Source: Camelus dromedarius
Lineage: Eukaryota
Assembly (NCBI RefSeq): GCF_036321535.1
Contig: NC_087437.1
Location: forward strand, 63,366,001-63,430,000
Direction of reading: 5' to 3'
DNA length: 64,000 bases
The first letter of the stretch is position 1. Every line of letters begins with the position of its first letter. The notes beneath the pieces are model-generated. The model made no database searches. It was given only the letters and a program-made list of their open reading frames with translations, and was not told the origin of the DNA. This document shows positions 13,576-25,125 of this stretch, one piece after another. A program made the position numbers and the translations under genes.

Positions 13576-14356
13576 TTTAGATTCTGTAACAAAAATACTT
13601 TAGTGCAGAGTATTTCCAGGTAAGTAATTCTGGAAAGATACTAGAGAACTTTTTTTTAGTGTTAACTTCCTAGAAGTTAAGAAAACACTTGTAGTTCCTT
13701 TTGTATGTTCCTGTTTGTGAAGCAGCTACGTATTTTGAAGTTCATTGTGGGGCAAAGTTGTTGCTTATTAGCATTCTCTTCACCTAAATAAAGCCATTAA
13801 CTTTTACATCTAGCAAGGAAATTAGTAGAAGCATAGATTTGTGTTTCCCAATGTTTTCACTGTGTGACAAACCAAGCAGATAGATGTCTTATAGCAGTCA
13901 GTCCCTGTAGGTATTCTGGTTCATGGTTATGGCAGATCTTTTAAAAAGTAGATGATTCCTACAGTAATAAAAATACCTCCTGAGAAGGAAAGCAGAAGGA
14001 AATAGCAAGAGGAGATTGGAATAAAAGAAATAGAAAAAAAAAACAAAAAAAAAACCAAGGAAATCACTGAAAAGATACAAAAACAAAATAGGGAAGAAGA
14101 AAAAAAGTTAACCTTTTTCTAGTGAGGGGAGGTTTTATGCTATCCCAGGCAATCTTTTAAAAATTATCTCAGGCCTTATAATAATAGTGTGGTTTTGTTG
14201 TTTGTTTTTTGTCTTTTATCTGGAGGATAAGATGGACTTGTGCTGCCCTAGTGGATGCCACTGTTTGTGTGTGGTGTGTTTTAATTTGCTGCCAGATGTA
14301 TACAGTTAAATGAGCTGGGGATTCTTGTACTCATGTTTCTTCATTATTTTATTTAG

Positions 14357-14439
14357 GCAATTGAGAATTTTGAACCAGCAACTTAGAGAACGAGAAAAAA
14401 CTCAAAAGGCATCTGGTTCTTTGGAATGCAACCTTGAAT
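14357..14439 (+). CDS. CCDC14: CCDC14 exon, (R)QLRILNQQLREREKTQKASGSLECNLE
   Basis: atttag acceptor and T|GTAGGT donor; phases 2/1 match both neighbours. Confidence 0.9.
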
Positions 14440-16278
14440 GTAGGTAAAAGGACTTGAAGCATTGATGGTAAATTCTTTGTGGCTCTAGAAATCTTGATAA
14501 AGTATTGAGGTTTCCTAATTACTTTGTCTAAAGTGGACTTTTAAAAAAAAATAAATATTTAAAAAGTAGGAATAATACTCCATATTAAAATTTAAAATAG
14601 TGTAGAAACACAAAAATAAAAGACTTATGCTATCACTTCCCAATAATACACCCTTATTTTTTTAAAAGGCTGTATTTTCTTTCACCTATTTCCTGTTCAT
14701 ATATAATTGATTTATTTCACAAATACTTACTGAATATCTACTAATAGATAGGCGCTAATAGAACTATGTATATACTTTTTCTTTTGTAGAAATGAGATGA
14801 CACTGTATACAGCTTGCATTTATTCACTTAATATGTAGTAGATATTTTTCTCTATCAAAATACAGAAATATGTTTCTATTTAAGAACTACGTGGTTATTC
14901 TGTTTATGTAGTTCAATCATAATGTGTTTAAAACCCTCTCCTGACAGATGTCTACATACTTCCCCCTTTTCCAAAAACAAATAATCCTGCAACAAAAGTC
15001 CTTATACATATGTCTTTATGCACGTGTGAGCGTTTTTGTAGATTACAGCTGTAGAATTGCTGAGTAAAAGGGTATATACTGTTGCAGTTTTGACAGATAT
15101 TGCCAAATTGTCCTTATGGATCATACAGTTTAAAGTAAAAGAAAAGAAAGAGAACTAATAGTACCAGAGGAAAAGATGAGAACTTTTCTTGGGAACTTTT
15201 CCTAAGCCTGACGAAAACTCAGATGCCACAAAGGAAAGATTAATAAAATATGTCCCAGAAATTTTTTCATTTTCTGCAGAGCAAAATTATAAATACTTCA
15301 AAAAGCATGAACAAAATGGGGGAATTTTTTGGTACTACATGATGTGTGTGTGACAAAGGCTTTATTTTCCTAATATATAAAAATATCTCTTACAAAGGAA
15401 TAAAAAAAACAGAAGCACCCAACAGAACACACTTCATAAAAATGTTCAACTTCACCAGAGTAATTTTGGAAAGGATCACTCTGGTTCCATTATGAATAAA
15501 CGATGGGGAGGAGTGGGAGAGAGGAGGCCAAGATGGGAAGTGAGGAGATCAGTGGTTGCCATTCTAAGTAGCTTCTCTCTTTTTACTCTCTGCCATTTAC
15601 TTCTTGTTTCCTTGAGAGCACTTATTACTATTCATACTTACTGTTTGCTGTTAGCTCCATGAGAACAGGAACCACATCTCTGCTGTTCACCACTGTATGC
15701 CGGGATTCTAATACTCCCATGTAGTAAGCCTTCACTCAAGGCTGCAATTACTAAGTGAGTGGTGCCATACATTTTTATAGCCATCATAAAGGATGTGATA
15801 TACCTATCTGCTGAAACATAACAATCAAAAAAAGGCAAGATTAGAAACTGTGGGTATATTATGATTCATTTATGTTTAAATATATGTCATATACAAAAGT
15901 ATTTTCCAGAAAGACATCAAAGTTAATACTGATTGCTTCTGGGGGGAGAGTGGAGGTGAGATGGGAGAGAGACTTTTCACTGAGAATCATTTGGTATCAC
16001 TGGTGTTTCATGGTGTTTTTGAATTTTTTTACTTTGTGCGTGTATTATTATTTCATATAAAAAGGTAAAAAATTTAGTGCCCCAAATATCAATTGGAGAA
16101 GAAAGATATGACTTCTGCCAATCAACTTTTAAAATACATTTACATAGACCTGCTCAAGCATATAATTGTTAAGCAAAATCAATAAATTCCAAGCCTCTTC
16201 TTTTTTAAAAACAGATCTTTTCCAAGTTTATACTTTTTAAATTGGAGTAACAATTATTTGATCTATTTTGTCCTACAG

Positions 16279-16497
16279 TGTTTTCTCTTCAGTCATTGAA
16301 CAAGTCCCTGCAAAATCAATTACAGGAGTCACTAAAGAGCCAGGAATTACTACAGAGTAAAAATGAAGAGCTTTTAAAAGTAATAGAAAATCAAAAAGAT
16401 GAAAACAGAAAATTTGCTGGCATATTTAAAGAGAAAGATCAAACTTTACTTGAAAATAAACAGCAATTTGACATTGAGACAACAAGAATGAAAATTG
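16279..16497 (+). CDS. CCDC14: CCDC14 coiled-coil exon, (L)[17 protein letters not shown]...ETTRMKI
   Basis: cctacag acceptor and G|GTATGT donor; lies within ORF 16278..16535; heptad-like sequence. Confidence 0.93.
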
Positions 16498-16571
16498 GTA
16501 TGTGTTTCAACTATGGTTATGGTCACTTTTTTTAAAGTAATAAGGAAACTAAGACTTTTTTGTTGTTTTAG

Positions 16572-16704
16572 AATTGGAGGAAGCCTTAGTCAATGTGGAA
16601 AGCTCCCGGTTTAAATTAGAAGCTGCTGAAAAGGAAAATCAGATATTGGGAATAACCTTACGTCAGCGTGATGCCGAGGTGACTCGACTGAGAGAATTAA
16701 CCAG
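16572..16704 (+). CDS. CCDC14: CCDC14 coiled-coil exon, (E)LEEALVNV...[19 protein letters not shown]
   Basis: ttttag acceptor and AG|GTAATA donor; phase-compatible; conserved [18 protein letters not shown] motif. Confidence 0.93.
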
Positions 16705-16934
16705 GTAATATTGACCTCATTTGAATAACTTAGGCCTTCTGTTAGATGTATTTATAAACTTCAAAATAATTTCAGACTTGCCCTCTTACCCCTATCTTTT
16801 TCTCGATGTGTTTGCTCATTTCTAATGATGTTTTCTTCTGTTCCAATTAAGTTAGTTTAAATTCCAAACATGGCTAAATGCTTTTTTAAACCACATGACT
16901 CCAGGAAAAGGGCTCTGATGAGCTGAAGACTTAT

Positions 16935-17215
16935 TTAGCAAAATGGTTAAGAGTTCTGTGTCTCTGAAGCCAGAGAGACCTGAGTGGAATCCCAGCTCTA
17001 CCATGTATTAGCTGTATTACTTTGAGCAAGAGATAGTTAACCTTTCTAAACCTTAGCTGTAAAGTGGAGACATGATTAGAGTTGATGGGAGGACTAAGAA
17101 ATAATTCATGAAAAGCACTTAGCACAGTAAGCCCTCATTCATATGATCTTGGGTAAGTCATTTAGCCTCTCTGAGTCTCATTCATTTCATCAGTAAAATG
17201 AGGGAGTTGGCAGCA
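16935..17215 (+). mobile_element. MIR fragments
   Basis: aatcccagctctaccatgtattagctgt...; agcctctctgagtctc...gtaaaatgagg. Confidence 0.7.
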
Positions 17216-17984
17216 GCCCCTAAGATACCTTGGTTCCTTAACATGTCTTATCTCAAATAAATAAACCACTTTGCTCAATTTTTGTGTGATACGCACTTAT
17301 CAAGTTCAGTTTTCTCTTGAGACAGTTGTCAGGAATTGGATTTTCAACTAATTTTGTAAATCCTTGAGAAGTTGGTTATTTTAGGCCTTAATATCATCAA
17401 ATCTGACCGTGCCTTTGAGTGATCCTGAAAATGTATAGTTCCAAATATAAAACAGTCCTAAATATAAAACAGTCTTCTTTGTATTTCACATGAGAAGATC
17501 CATTTTGAATTATAAGCTTTTTTCCCCACTTTGAATTATAAACTTTTAGGGAAATAGATGAAATAGTTCTATATATACATATATAATATATGTATATACA
17601 TATATTATATATGTATATATAATAACTTAGTTTTATAAACATTTGAAATGACTTTATATAAGCTATGTTAATATAGAAATATTACTTTTTTCCCACATTC
17701 CTCTTTCACAGAATAATTTCACTCAAACTTTTATCAAACAGTGAGAAAAGCAAAATATACTTTTATATCCATGTAGGGTTATAATTAGCTAGGCTCTAGT
17801 CAAAGTTTCTAAAATGTTGGCTTATACCACTCTTGTTCAAAGTGAAGTGATTAAGAGAGTGTCCCTTCTTATGAAAGCCCTTGTAAGGTCTCCAAAGAAA
17901 TGTTTTTCTAAGGAGTAATTTTGGAGTAAAAACTCTGTTATTTTTAAGTAAGTATGGTAAAAGAAACCAGTCATATTGTATGAT

Positions 17985-18245
17985 TTTATTTATAAGAAAT
18001 GTCCGGAGTGGCAAACCCTGGAAACAAAAAGTAGATTAGTAGTTGCCAAGGGCTGGGGGAAGAGGGCAAGAATGCAGGGTGACTGCTAATGGTACAGAGT
18101 TTCTTTTCAGGGTAATGAAAACGTTCTGAAACTGGGAAGAAGTTATAGTTGTGAAACTCTATGAACATACGAAATGCCCACTAGGATGTACACTTTAAAA
18201 GGGTGTATTTTATAGTTTATAAATTATATCTCAATAAGCTGTTTT
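17985..18245 (+). mobile_element. L1MB-like 3' end
   Basis: agtagattagtagttgccaagggctgggg...tacactttaaaagggtg...tatctcaataa. Confidence 0.8.
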
Positions 18246-18482
18246 TTAGAAGTATATATGGTATGCAATTTGAAAAAGAGAAACAGAGCAGTCAACATGG
18301 TCAGGTTCCATGAGCAATTCTTAGGTGTCACTGGGAACATCTCCTCATTCTAAGGGGCATGGTTGTTGGCCCCAAGCAGGAAATAAAGCAGAAGATCTAG
18401 TTTCCTGGGAGTTTTTTCCTACAGTCTTTTTCTTCATACTGCTAAATCCAGCTCCTTTCCAGGTGTGACATTAGAAGCTGAT

Positions 18483-18735
18483 TTTTTTTTCTGTATATAT
18501 ATGTGTATACAAATATATATATATATATTTTATTTAAAGTATAGTCAGTTTACAATGTTGTGTCAGTTTCTGGTATACAGCATAATGCTTCAGTCATACA
18601 TGAACATACATATATTCGTTTTCATATTCTTTTTCACCATAAGTTACTACGAGATATTGAACATAGTTCCCTGTACCATACAGTATGAACTTGTTGTTTA
18701 TCTATTACATATATATTGGTTAGTATCTGTAAATC
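18483..18735 (-). mobile_element. Short young L1 3'-end insertion with TSD
   Basis: Same family as 5654 and 8329; TSD TTAGAAGCTGAT at 18471-18482 and 18736-18747. Confidence 0.9.
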
Positions 18736-21593
18736 TTAGAAGCTGATGTTATCTTTTATTTGTAGAGTTCTTGAATTTTTTTTTCAAAGTCTTCTCTATT
18801 ATTTTATTTGTCCTCATTTATGGAGGAAAAATTTAAATATCTGCATTTCCATGGGGAAACTGGGGCCATGCAAGTTAAACAGTAATAGAGTTAAGTAATA
18901 GTACAATTATTCTAGAAATTAGTATAAGTGGAATCCCAAAGAAATGAAGGGACTTACCTGACTTTCATGATTAACTTACTTGGGGCCTGAGCTGGGACCT
19001 GCACCAGGACTTCAGGTTCCCTCTTCAGCCTTGCTTCCTGTTTTGAAGAGGATAGCTTCTCTCTGAGACAAGATGACCCGTTATTGAGAGATTCTTCTGT
19101 CTTTGTAAGAAGATACCTTAGTACCTGCTCATTCTTCCAAATGACACAGTCTGTCTTTTCCAGTGTTCTTTAGGAATGAGTAATGATTTGCATGCTAATT
19201 AGAGCCTTAACATTACTCTAACATAGAAGCATAGGAACTGAGAAAGTTCATTAATTCTTATATATTATCTGCTTTTAGAAAAGACTATGTGGGATCAGAT
19301 ATTTTGTTCTCCTTTTCTGAAGACTCTCAAGAACTTTCCTGTCAGTTTTTTTTTTTTCCATTGTTGTCAAGGATCTTTTCTATTTATGCTGGGCATAAAT
19401 CTTGCCTTGTGACTACTAGCTCACCTATTAGTCCGACTAACTGGACTCTAAATGGTTGTAGAAACATAGTGGACAGGCTTAGCACAGTGCTTTGCAGGGG
19501 TGGGTACCACCACTGCATTTTCTGAAGACTCAGTAATAGCTTCAAAATGCTAAGTATACACATTGATGAAAATTTTTGTTTTGTCCTTTAAATTAAAAAG
19601 CAAAATAAACACACACAAATGCTCTTTGAGCTCAGTTGTATCAAAATTCACCCACATTCATGATTTATAATATGTTTGGTGGCACCCTATGCAATTCAGT
19701 TAATTAGGAACATCTCCAGTACTATAGCTGGGCTACTGTGACTATTTAAATTTTATTTTTGACATTAGAGAGTAAAGCAGTGACATCTGACAGTACAGAT
19801 GAGTCTTCATGCTCCTCTCCCCATCTCTCCTCCTGTAGCTGTACACCTCAGTCAGATAGGTGTATGTTTTTTGTATGTGTTAAATAGGCTCTTAGAGATT
19901 TTGCAAAATTTTTAAATGCCTTTCTCAGACTAGAAGGATAATGGGGCTAGAAGTTACACATACAAGTTCTAAACAAATTTCCTAAACCATCTCTTTCTTC
20001 TCCAACCTTCAATAATTTCAAAATACATCTTTATCCTTTTTTTTTAGATTTTACCCTAGTAACATGTTATAAAACCATTAAAATGTGTGGGAAATTAATA
20101 TATTTTTCAGTAAGTAAATGTAAATATTCTAATAGTGTCTAAGAGCACTCTTACAAGTGCTGATAGTTATATAAATTACTGTATTTTTTAAGTAGCCAAA
20201 AAAGAACATTACATTTCTTATTATGAAAATATGCCAGTTTTCTAAGCATTAAAAATCAGTGTGTATAGCTAAGTCTTATATAACAGAAACATGAATATAT
20301 TCACTTTGTAGCTATTCAGGTACTTGTATTACTGCCTTTAAAATTTTGACATATTTTTATCTCTTTACTTACAGAGTTTTCTATTAATTTCAAAGACAGT
20401 GGTGTCACATTTTGTTTGCACATGAGAAACTTAGTGATTGATACTAAATTCCAGAGATTCAGATCTTACTACATTGTCCCTTCCTTCCTTTCTGTATTGC
20501 AGATTTTGTACACAGCAAAGATAACATTTTTATTTAAGTCTGGAAAGGAACTTCAGCATAAGTATTTCTTTTCTAAAAATAAAAATTCCAGTATGCCGTC
20601 TGATTGAATTAACTAGTGGGTCATTATTCATTACAGCATTTCCTTAAAGATATGTTTCTATGTCATATTTTTTATCTTTTAATAGTAGCTTATTAGCTTC
20701 TTGAAAGAGGTGTGAGTAAAAGTGGCTGGAGCCATTGCCATTTGAAGGGCAATCAGAACTCAAAACATAGCATATTTAAGGTGATAGTGTAAGCCAGATT
20801 GGAAAAAATATTTTTTTTCTTTTGTAGGAAAAAAGTTACTCATTCCATACCTAAAGATATAATCACTGCTAAGTGTTTAGTATAGAGATTTCCTTTTAAT
20901 ATTTTATTTGGATATGTAACTGTTTTTACAAAAATAGTATAGTTACTATGTTACTTACGGCTAACCTTATACAACGAATATTTCCCCATTAATAAATACT
21001 CTCTCCAACATGAGTATAAATGGCTGTGATGCAGTTATACTGTAATTTACCTAAAATCAGTCCACTGTACTTGAAGGTAAAGATATTGTCCATCTATTTT
21101 TTTTATGATTAATTACATCTTTGTAAATATATCTTTGGGTACAACCTCTTGGTGTATATCAGGAGAATAAATTCCTAGAAGTGCAAATTGATGGATCAGA
21201 AAATGTGGCATATTCAAGTCTTTAAAGCTTCTAGGTCCTTGATATACGTAGGGAAATAACATCTTTTTTAAAGGGTAAACTGGACTAAATACTGTTTAAC
21301 ATATGTGATGCGTTTGTGAAGAAAATTTGTAACAAATTAGTACCTGCTCATTCTTCCAAGTGACACAGTCTGTCTTTTCCAGTGTTTATTAGGATGCAGA
21401 CCAAGATCTTTTCTCATTTGTCATTTTAATTTACTGTGTCCAGAGTATGTTCTGTGATTTTGGGCTTTTAGTTGCTTTTTTCCATATTAAGTAGTGCTTG
21501 CCTCACATCCTTTCTTTTAAAAGATGAGTGTGTTTGAATAAATAAAGAAGTGGGTAAAAAGAAATAATTAGTGTACTAAATTCTTCTTAACAG

Positions 21594-22530
21594 AACTTTA
21601 CAGAGCAGTATGGCAAAGCTTCTCTCAGATCTTAGTATGGACAGTGCTCGCTGCAAGTCTGGGAATAATCTTACCAAATCACTTCTGAACATTTATGAAA
21701 AACAACCTCAGCATGACCCAATCCCTGCTCACACTTCCATAATGAGCTACTTAAATAAGTTAGAACCAGATCAGTCTATCATTACACATTCAGAACCACT
21801 TTCTGCAATTAGCAATGAGAAAAACATAGTGCCAGGTAGACCCTATGAAAATGTTCTGCCCTCCAAAGGCCCTCAACATAGTAATACTAGGAGCATGGAG
21901 GAAGTATCAGCCCCAGGAATCATTTCTGCCCTTTCAAAACAGGATTCTGATGAAGAGAGTGAAGTTACAACTTTAATAGAAGAGTATAATTTGGATAAGA
22001 CAATTTACATTCCATTTGCTAGAAGCACTTCAGTAAAGAAATCACCACTGTCCAAGAGATTATCCCCCCAGCCACAACTCAGTGTAGCTCCACCGCAGCG
22101 TGTCAGCAACAGTGGACTTGTTGTCGCTGAAAAAGAAAATAAATTGTGTGCACTCGGAGTTTGCTCCTCTTCCAAAAAGGAAGCAGATGTGCCTGAGAAA
22201 CTTTCCAGAACAGCTGATATGGAGGACAAACAGCTCCTCGAGAAAATAAAGGAAGCCATTTGCAAGATCCCTGCTGCCACCAAGGAGCTAGAGGAATTGG
22301 CTGCATGTCACGGCCCCTCCTCTTGTCAGAGGAGCAGCATTCAGGTGAAAAGCAGTGCAGTCTCCGATGGTAGCTTTTTAAATTCTGACTTGACCTCTGA
22401 TTGGAGCATCTCTTCTTTTTCAACGTTCACTTCTCGTGATGAACAAGACTTCCGAAATGGCCTTGCAGCACTGGATGCCAACATTGCTCGCCTCCAGGAG
22501 TCCTTAAGGACCGGTCTTCTGGAGAAGTAA
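21594..22530 (+). CDS. CCDC14: CCDC14 terminal coding exon, (R)[14 protein letters not shown]...[30 protein letters not shown]
   Basis: ttaacag acceptor; contains ORF 21610..22530; C-terminus matches CCDC14 as recalled. Confidence 0.95.
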
Positions 22531-23260
22531 ACTCAGAAGAAGAGAAAAATCCTTTTTAAGAATAGAACTTGGCTACATTGAATGTATATTTTAAATTTCT
22601 TTAGAGAAAAGTTTTATATTAATTATGTGTGAAAGAATAAATTGAATAATAAATTTATTATTGGAATATATTGACACTGCTTATAGAAACAAGTCATCCT
22701 AAGAAATTGACATTTGCTAAAAGAAGAAAGTTGTGTATAACTAGGAAAGTACTGTAAGTATTGTAAATATTTTATTTAGTATTTAGCAATTAGAGCTTTT
22801 TCTTACTTTGCTGGGCTCAGGGTGCAGGTTAGAAGGATTCTCTGGTCGTCCTAAAGGATAATGGGAAGGGAGTCTTTGGTTATAATTTACTGTGTTAAAA
22901 CTAGAGTTTCTTTTCTCTTTCAGGATTCCTGTTTGATTTTAATGACACTGTGTTTTTATATGGGATGTTCTGTGCTACAGGCTGGTGGTGTTGGTGAGAC
23001 ATATCAACATTTATTTTAAGAGAAAAAGTGCCAATATCTCCACTTCTTAAAAACGTTGATTGGTCTAAAAATATATAGATAACATCCTAAGTTAATATAT
23101 GGTTTCTTAAAATTTTGACACTTTTATTTATTTTTATCCTGAATTCATGTTTAAGACCATTAAAAACTGAAGTCAGACTGATAAAGAAATACTAACAGAT
23201 AAGTTTTACTTTTGGAAATTTGGTTTTTAAATAAATAAGTGTTTATTTGTTTTTTGTCAT
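22531..23260 (+). terminator. CCDC14 3' UTR with candidate polyadenylation signals (AATAAA at 22636, 22648 and 23230)
   Basis: AU-rich sequence after the stop; the 23230 hexamer is followed by a GT/T-rich tract; the site actually used is not determinable. Confidence 0.5.
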
Positions 23261-23428
23261 TATGTTTGAACATGGTGGATTTTATAAATCTTGAACTATT
23301 TGTAATTCTGCCTTTCTGGATGAATTTTTTTTTAGCACTTTAGCTGAGAACACTGTCTATTCTATAAGTAATATGAGCTAGGTTGGTCTCTGCTTCTTTA
23401 TACTAGCACTTCCTAGTATACCTAGCAC

Positions 23429-23521
23429 ATTTCTTCTTTTTCATGGTTCACTTCTCGTGATGAACAAGACTTTTGAAATGGTCTTGCAGCACTAGATGCC
23501 AACATTGCTAGACTCCAGAAG
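23429..23521 (+). pseudogene. Degenerate 93-bp copy of the CCDC14 C-terminal coding segment (22408-22500)
   Basis: Translates [30 protein letters not shown]; 10 mismatches in 93 nt and no indels by manual alignment. Confidence 0.9.
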
Positions 23522-25003
23522 ATGATAACTACTTGGTGTCATCTCCTTGCATCTAAGCAGCACACTTTAACTCTTAGAAAGTTGGTGAATGTTGTGCTAT
23601 CAGTGATACTTCATACACGTCACCTGCCTGGGTCATTGTCTTTAGTGCTTGAGCAGATTTTAGCATTAAAGAGTGCTCTGCTGATACCAGAGCCTCTTCC
23701 TGCTGGTTTTTAAATGTTGGGACTACAACTTCTGAAGGACCCAGGTACAGTCTCTTTGACATGTTCAGAGTTTATAGAAAGAGATTTCTCAAGTCTGAAA
23801 ATAGTAAATGAATTCTAATCTATTTTCACAGAATTGTCTGTTAATGTTTTTAATTTTTCTTACTTCTGATATTCATAAATTAATTCCTTGGTTTATGGGG
23901 AGGTAACAGGTCACAACTCTTGAACACATAAGGTCAGAGGTACAGTTCAGAAATATGAAATAACAAAGCAAGGAAGAAAATTATGTCATCTGTCTACTCC
24001 CAAATATTCAGTTGTTATTCATAGGCAGAAGTAAGTTCTTAAGATTATTAGATGATAATACAAGAAAATTGTCCACTTTTGACCTTAATATAGGATGGGC
24101 ATCATCAGGTGCAAAGAACAATTTTAGATGTTTGTAGGTTCAGTTAATTAGGGGTTAATAGTTTGATTAAAGAATAAATTAGACTGGGAAATCCTTGAGG
24201 GACCTTTATCAAGAGCTTACTGTTTATTTGATGTAAGACACACACATGGCATAGAAACATGAAAGAATTTGGTTCAGTTTTAAGATGAAATAAGACCATA
24301 GCAAAGTGGGTGGGATAGACACTGAGTTTCATAGAAGTTTAGAGTAGAAAGAAGCCCAAAAATGGTAGAAAAAGAACTGGAATAGAAGAAACTTCATTTG
24401 GATCTTAAAGAATGTATAGGATTTGGATAATCCTCAAAATCCTCAAAATGTTAACCCCATAGAAAGTCAGTATCATCAAAATGTTGCGGTTGAGTGGTAT
24501 ATTAAGACGACGGTAAGTACACCAACCTGACTAAAATAGAGGATTGAGATGACCATGTGGTAATGGCAATACAGATGATGCTAACACAGTTTAGAAGAGC
24601 TGGGGTCAGATTGTAGAATGCCTTGAGCTCCAGGCTGAGGAATAACCATTACACACTATGAAGTCATTCAGTGTAAGGATATCTTTGGTGGTGTTTGTTT
24701 TCTTTTTAAATTGAGGATCACAGATGGAATTGAATGTTCTTAAAATTGCATAGAGTAATGGTAAATAAGAAGTATTAGAGGAGGGAGAGGCTAGAGACCC
24801 CTTAGGAAACTGTTGCAGTAGTCCAGACATAAATTGATAAGCCATTAGCAATAAAAGTGAAAAAAGAGAGACAAATTGAAAAAAATTTTAATAGGTTTGG
24901 TGACTTAATAGAAAATGAAAGAGAATGAGAAATCAAAGATGACACTAAGGTTTTTAATTTGATCAGTTCAAGTCACCCTGAGCAATGTCTAAAATGAAAA
25001 ATC

Positions 25004-25125
25004 GGGGGAGGGTGTAGCTCAAGTGGCAGAGCGCATGCTTAGCATACACAAGGTCCTGGGTTCAATCCCCAGCACCTCTTCTAAAACTAAATGAGTAAAC
25101 CTAATTACCTGCCCCCCCCCAAATC
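25004..25125 (+). mobile_element. tRNA-Ala-derived SINE (camelid vic-1-like), full length
   Basis: A box TAGCTCAAGTGG, AGC anticodon-like loop, B box GGTTCAATCCC, then non-tRNA tail CCTAATTACC + C-run. Confidence 0.85.

Noticed and set aside
22005..22423. Antisense ORFs over the last CCDC14 exon
   Set aside because: Shadow frames of a real coding exon with no independent splice or start evidence.
25004..25078. tRNA-Ala(AGC)-like gene
   Set aside because: Acceptor and anticodon stems pair poorly, it continues into a SINE-specific tail, and related degenerate copies occur at 12126, 41270 and 63401; it is a SINE.
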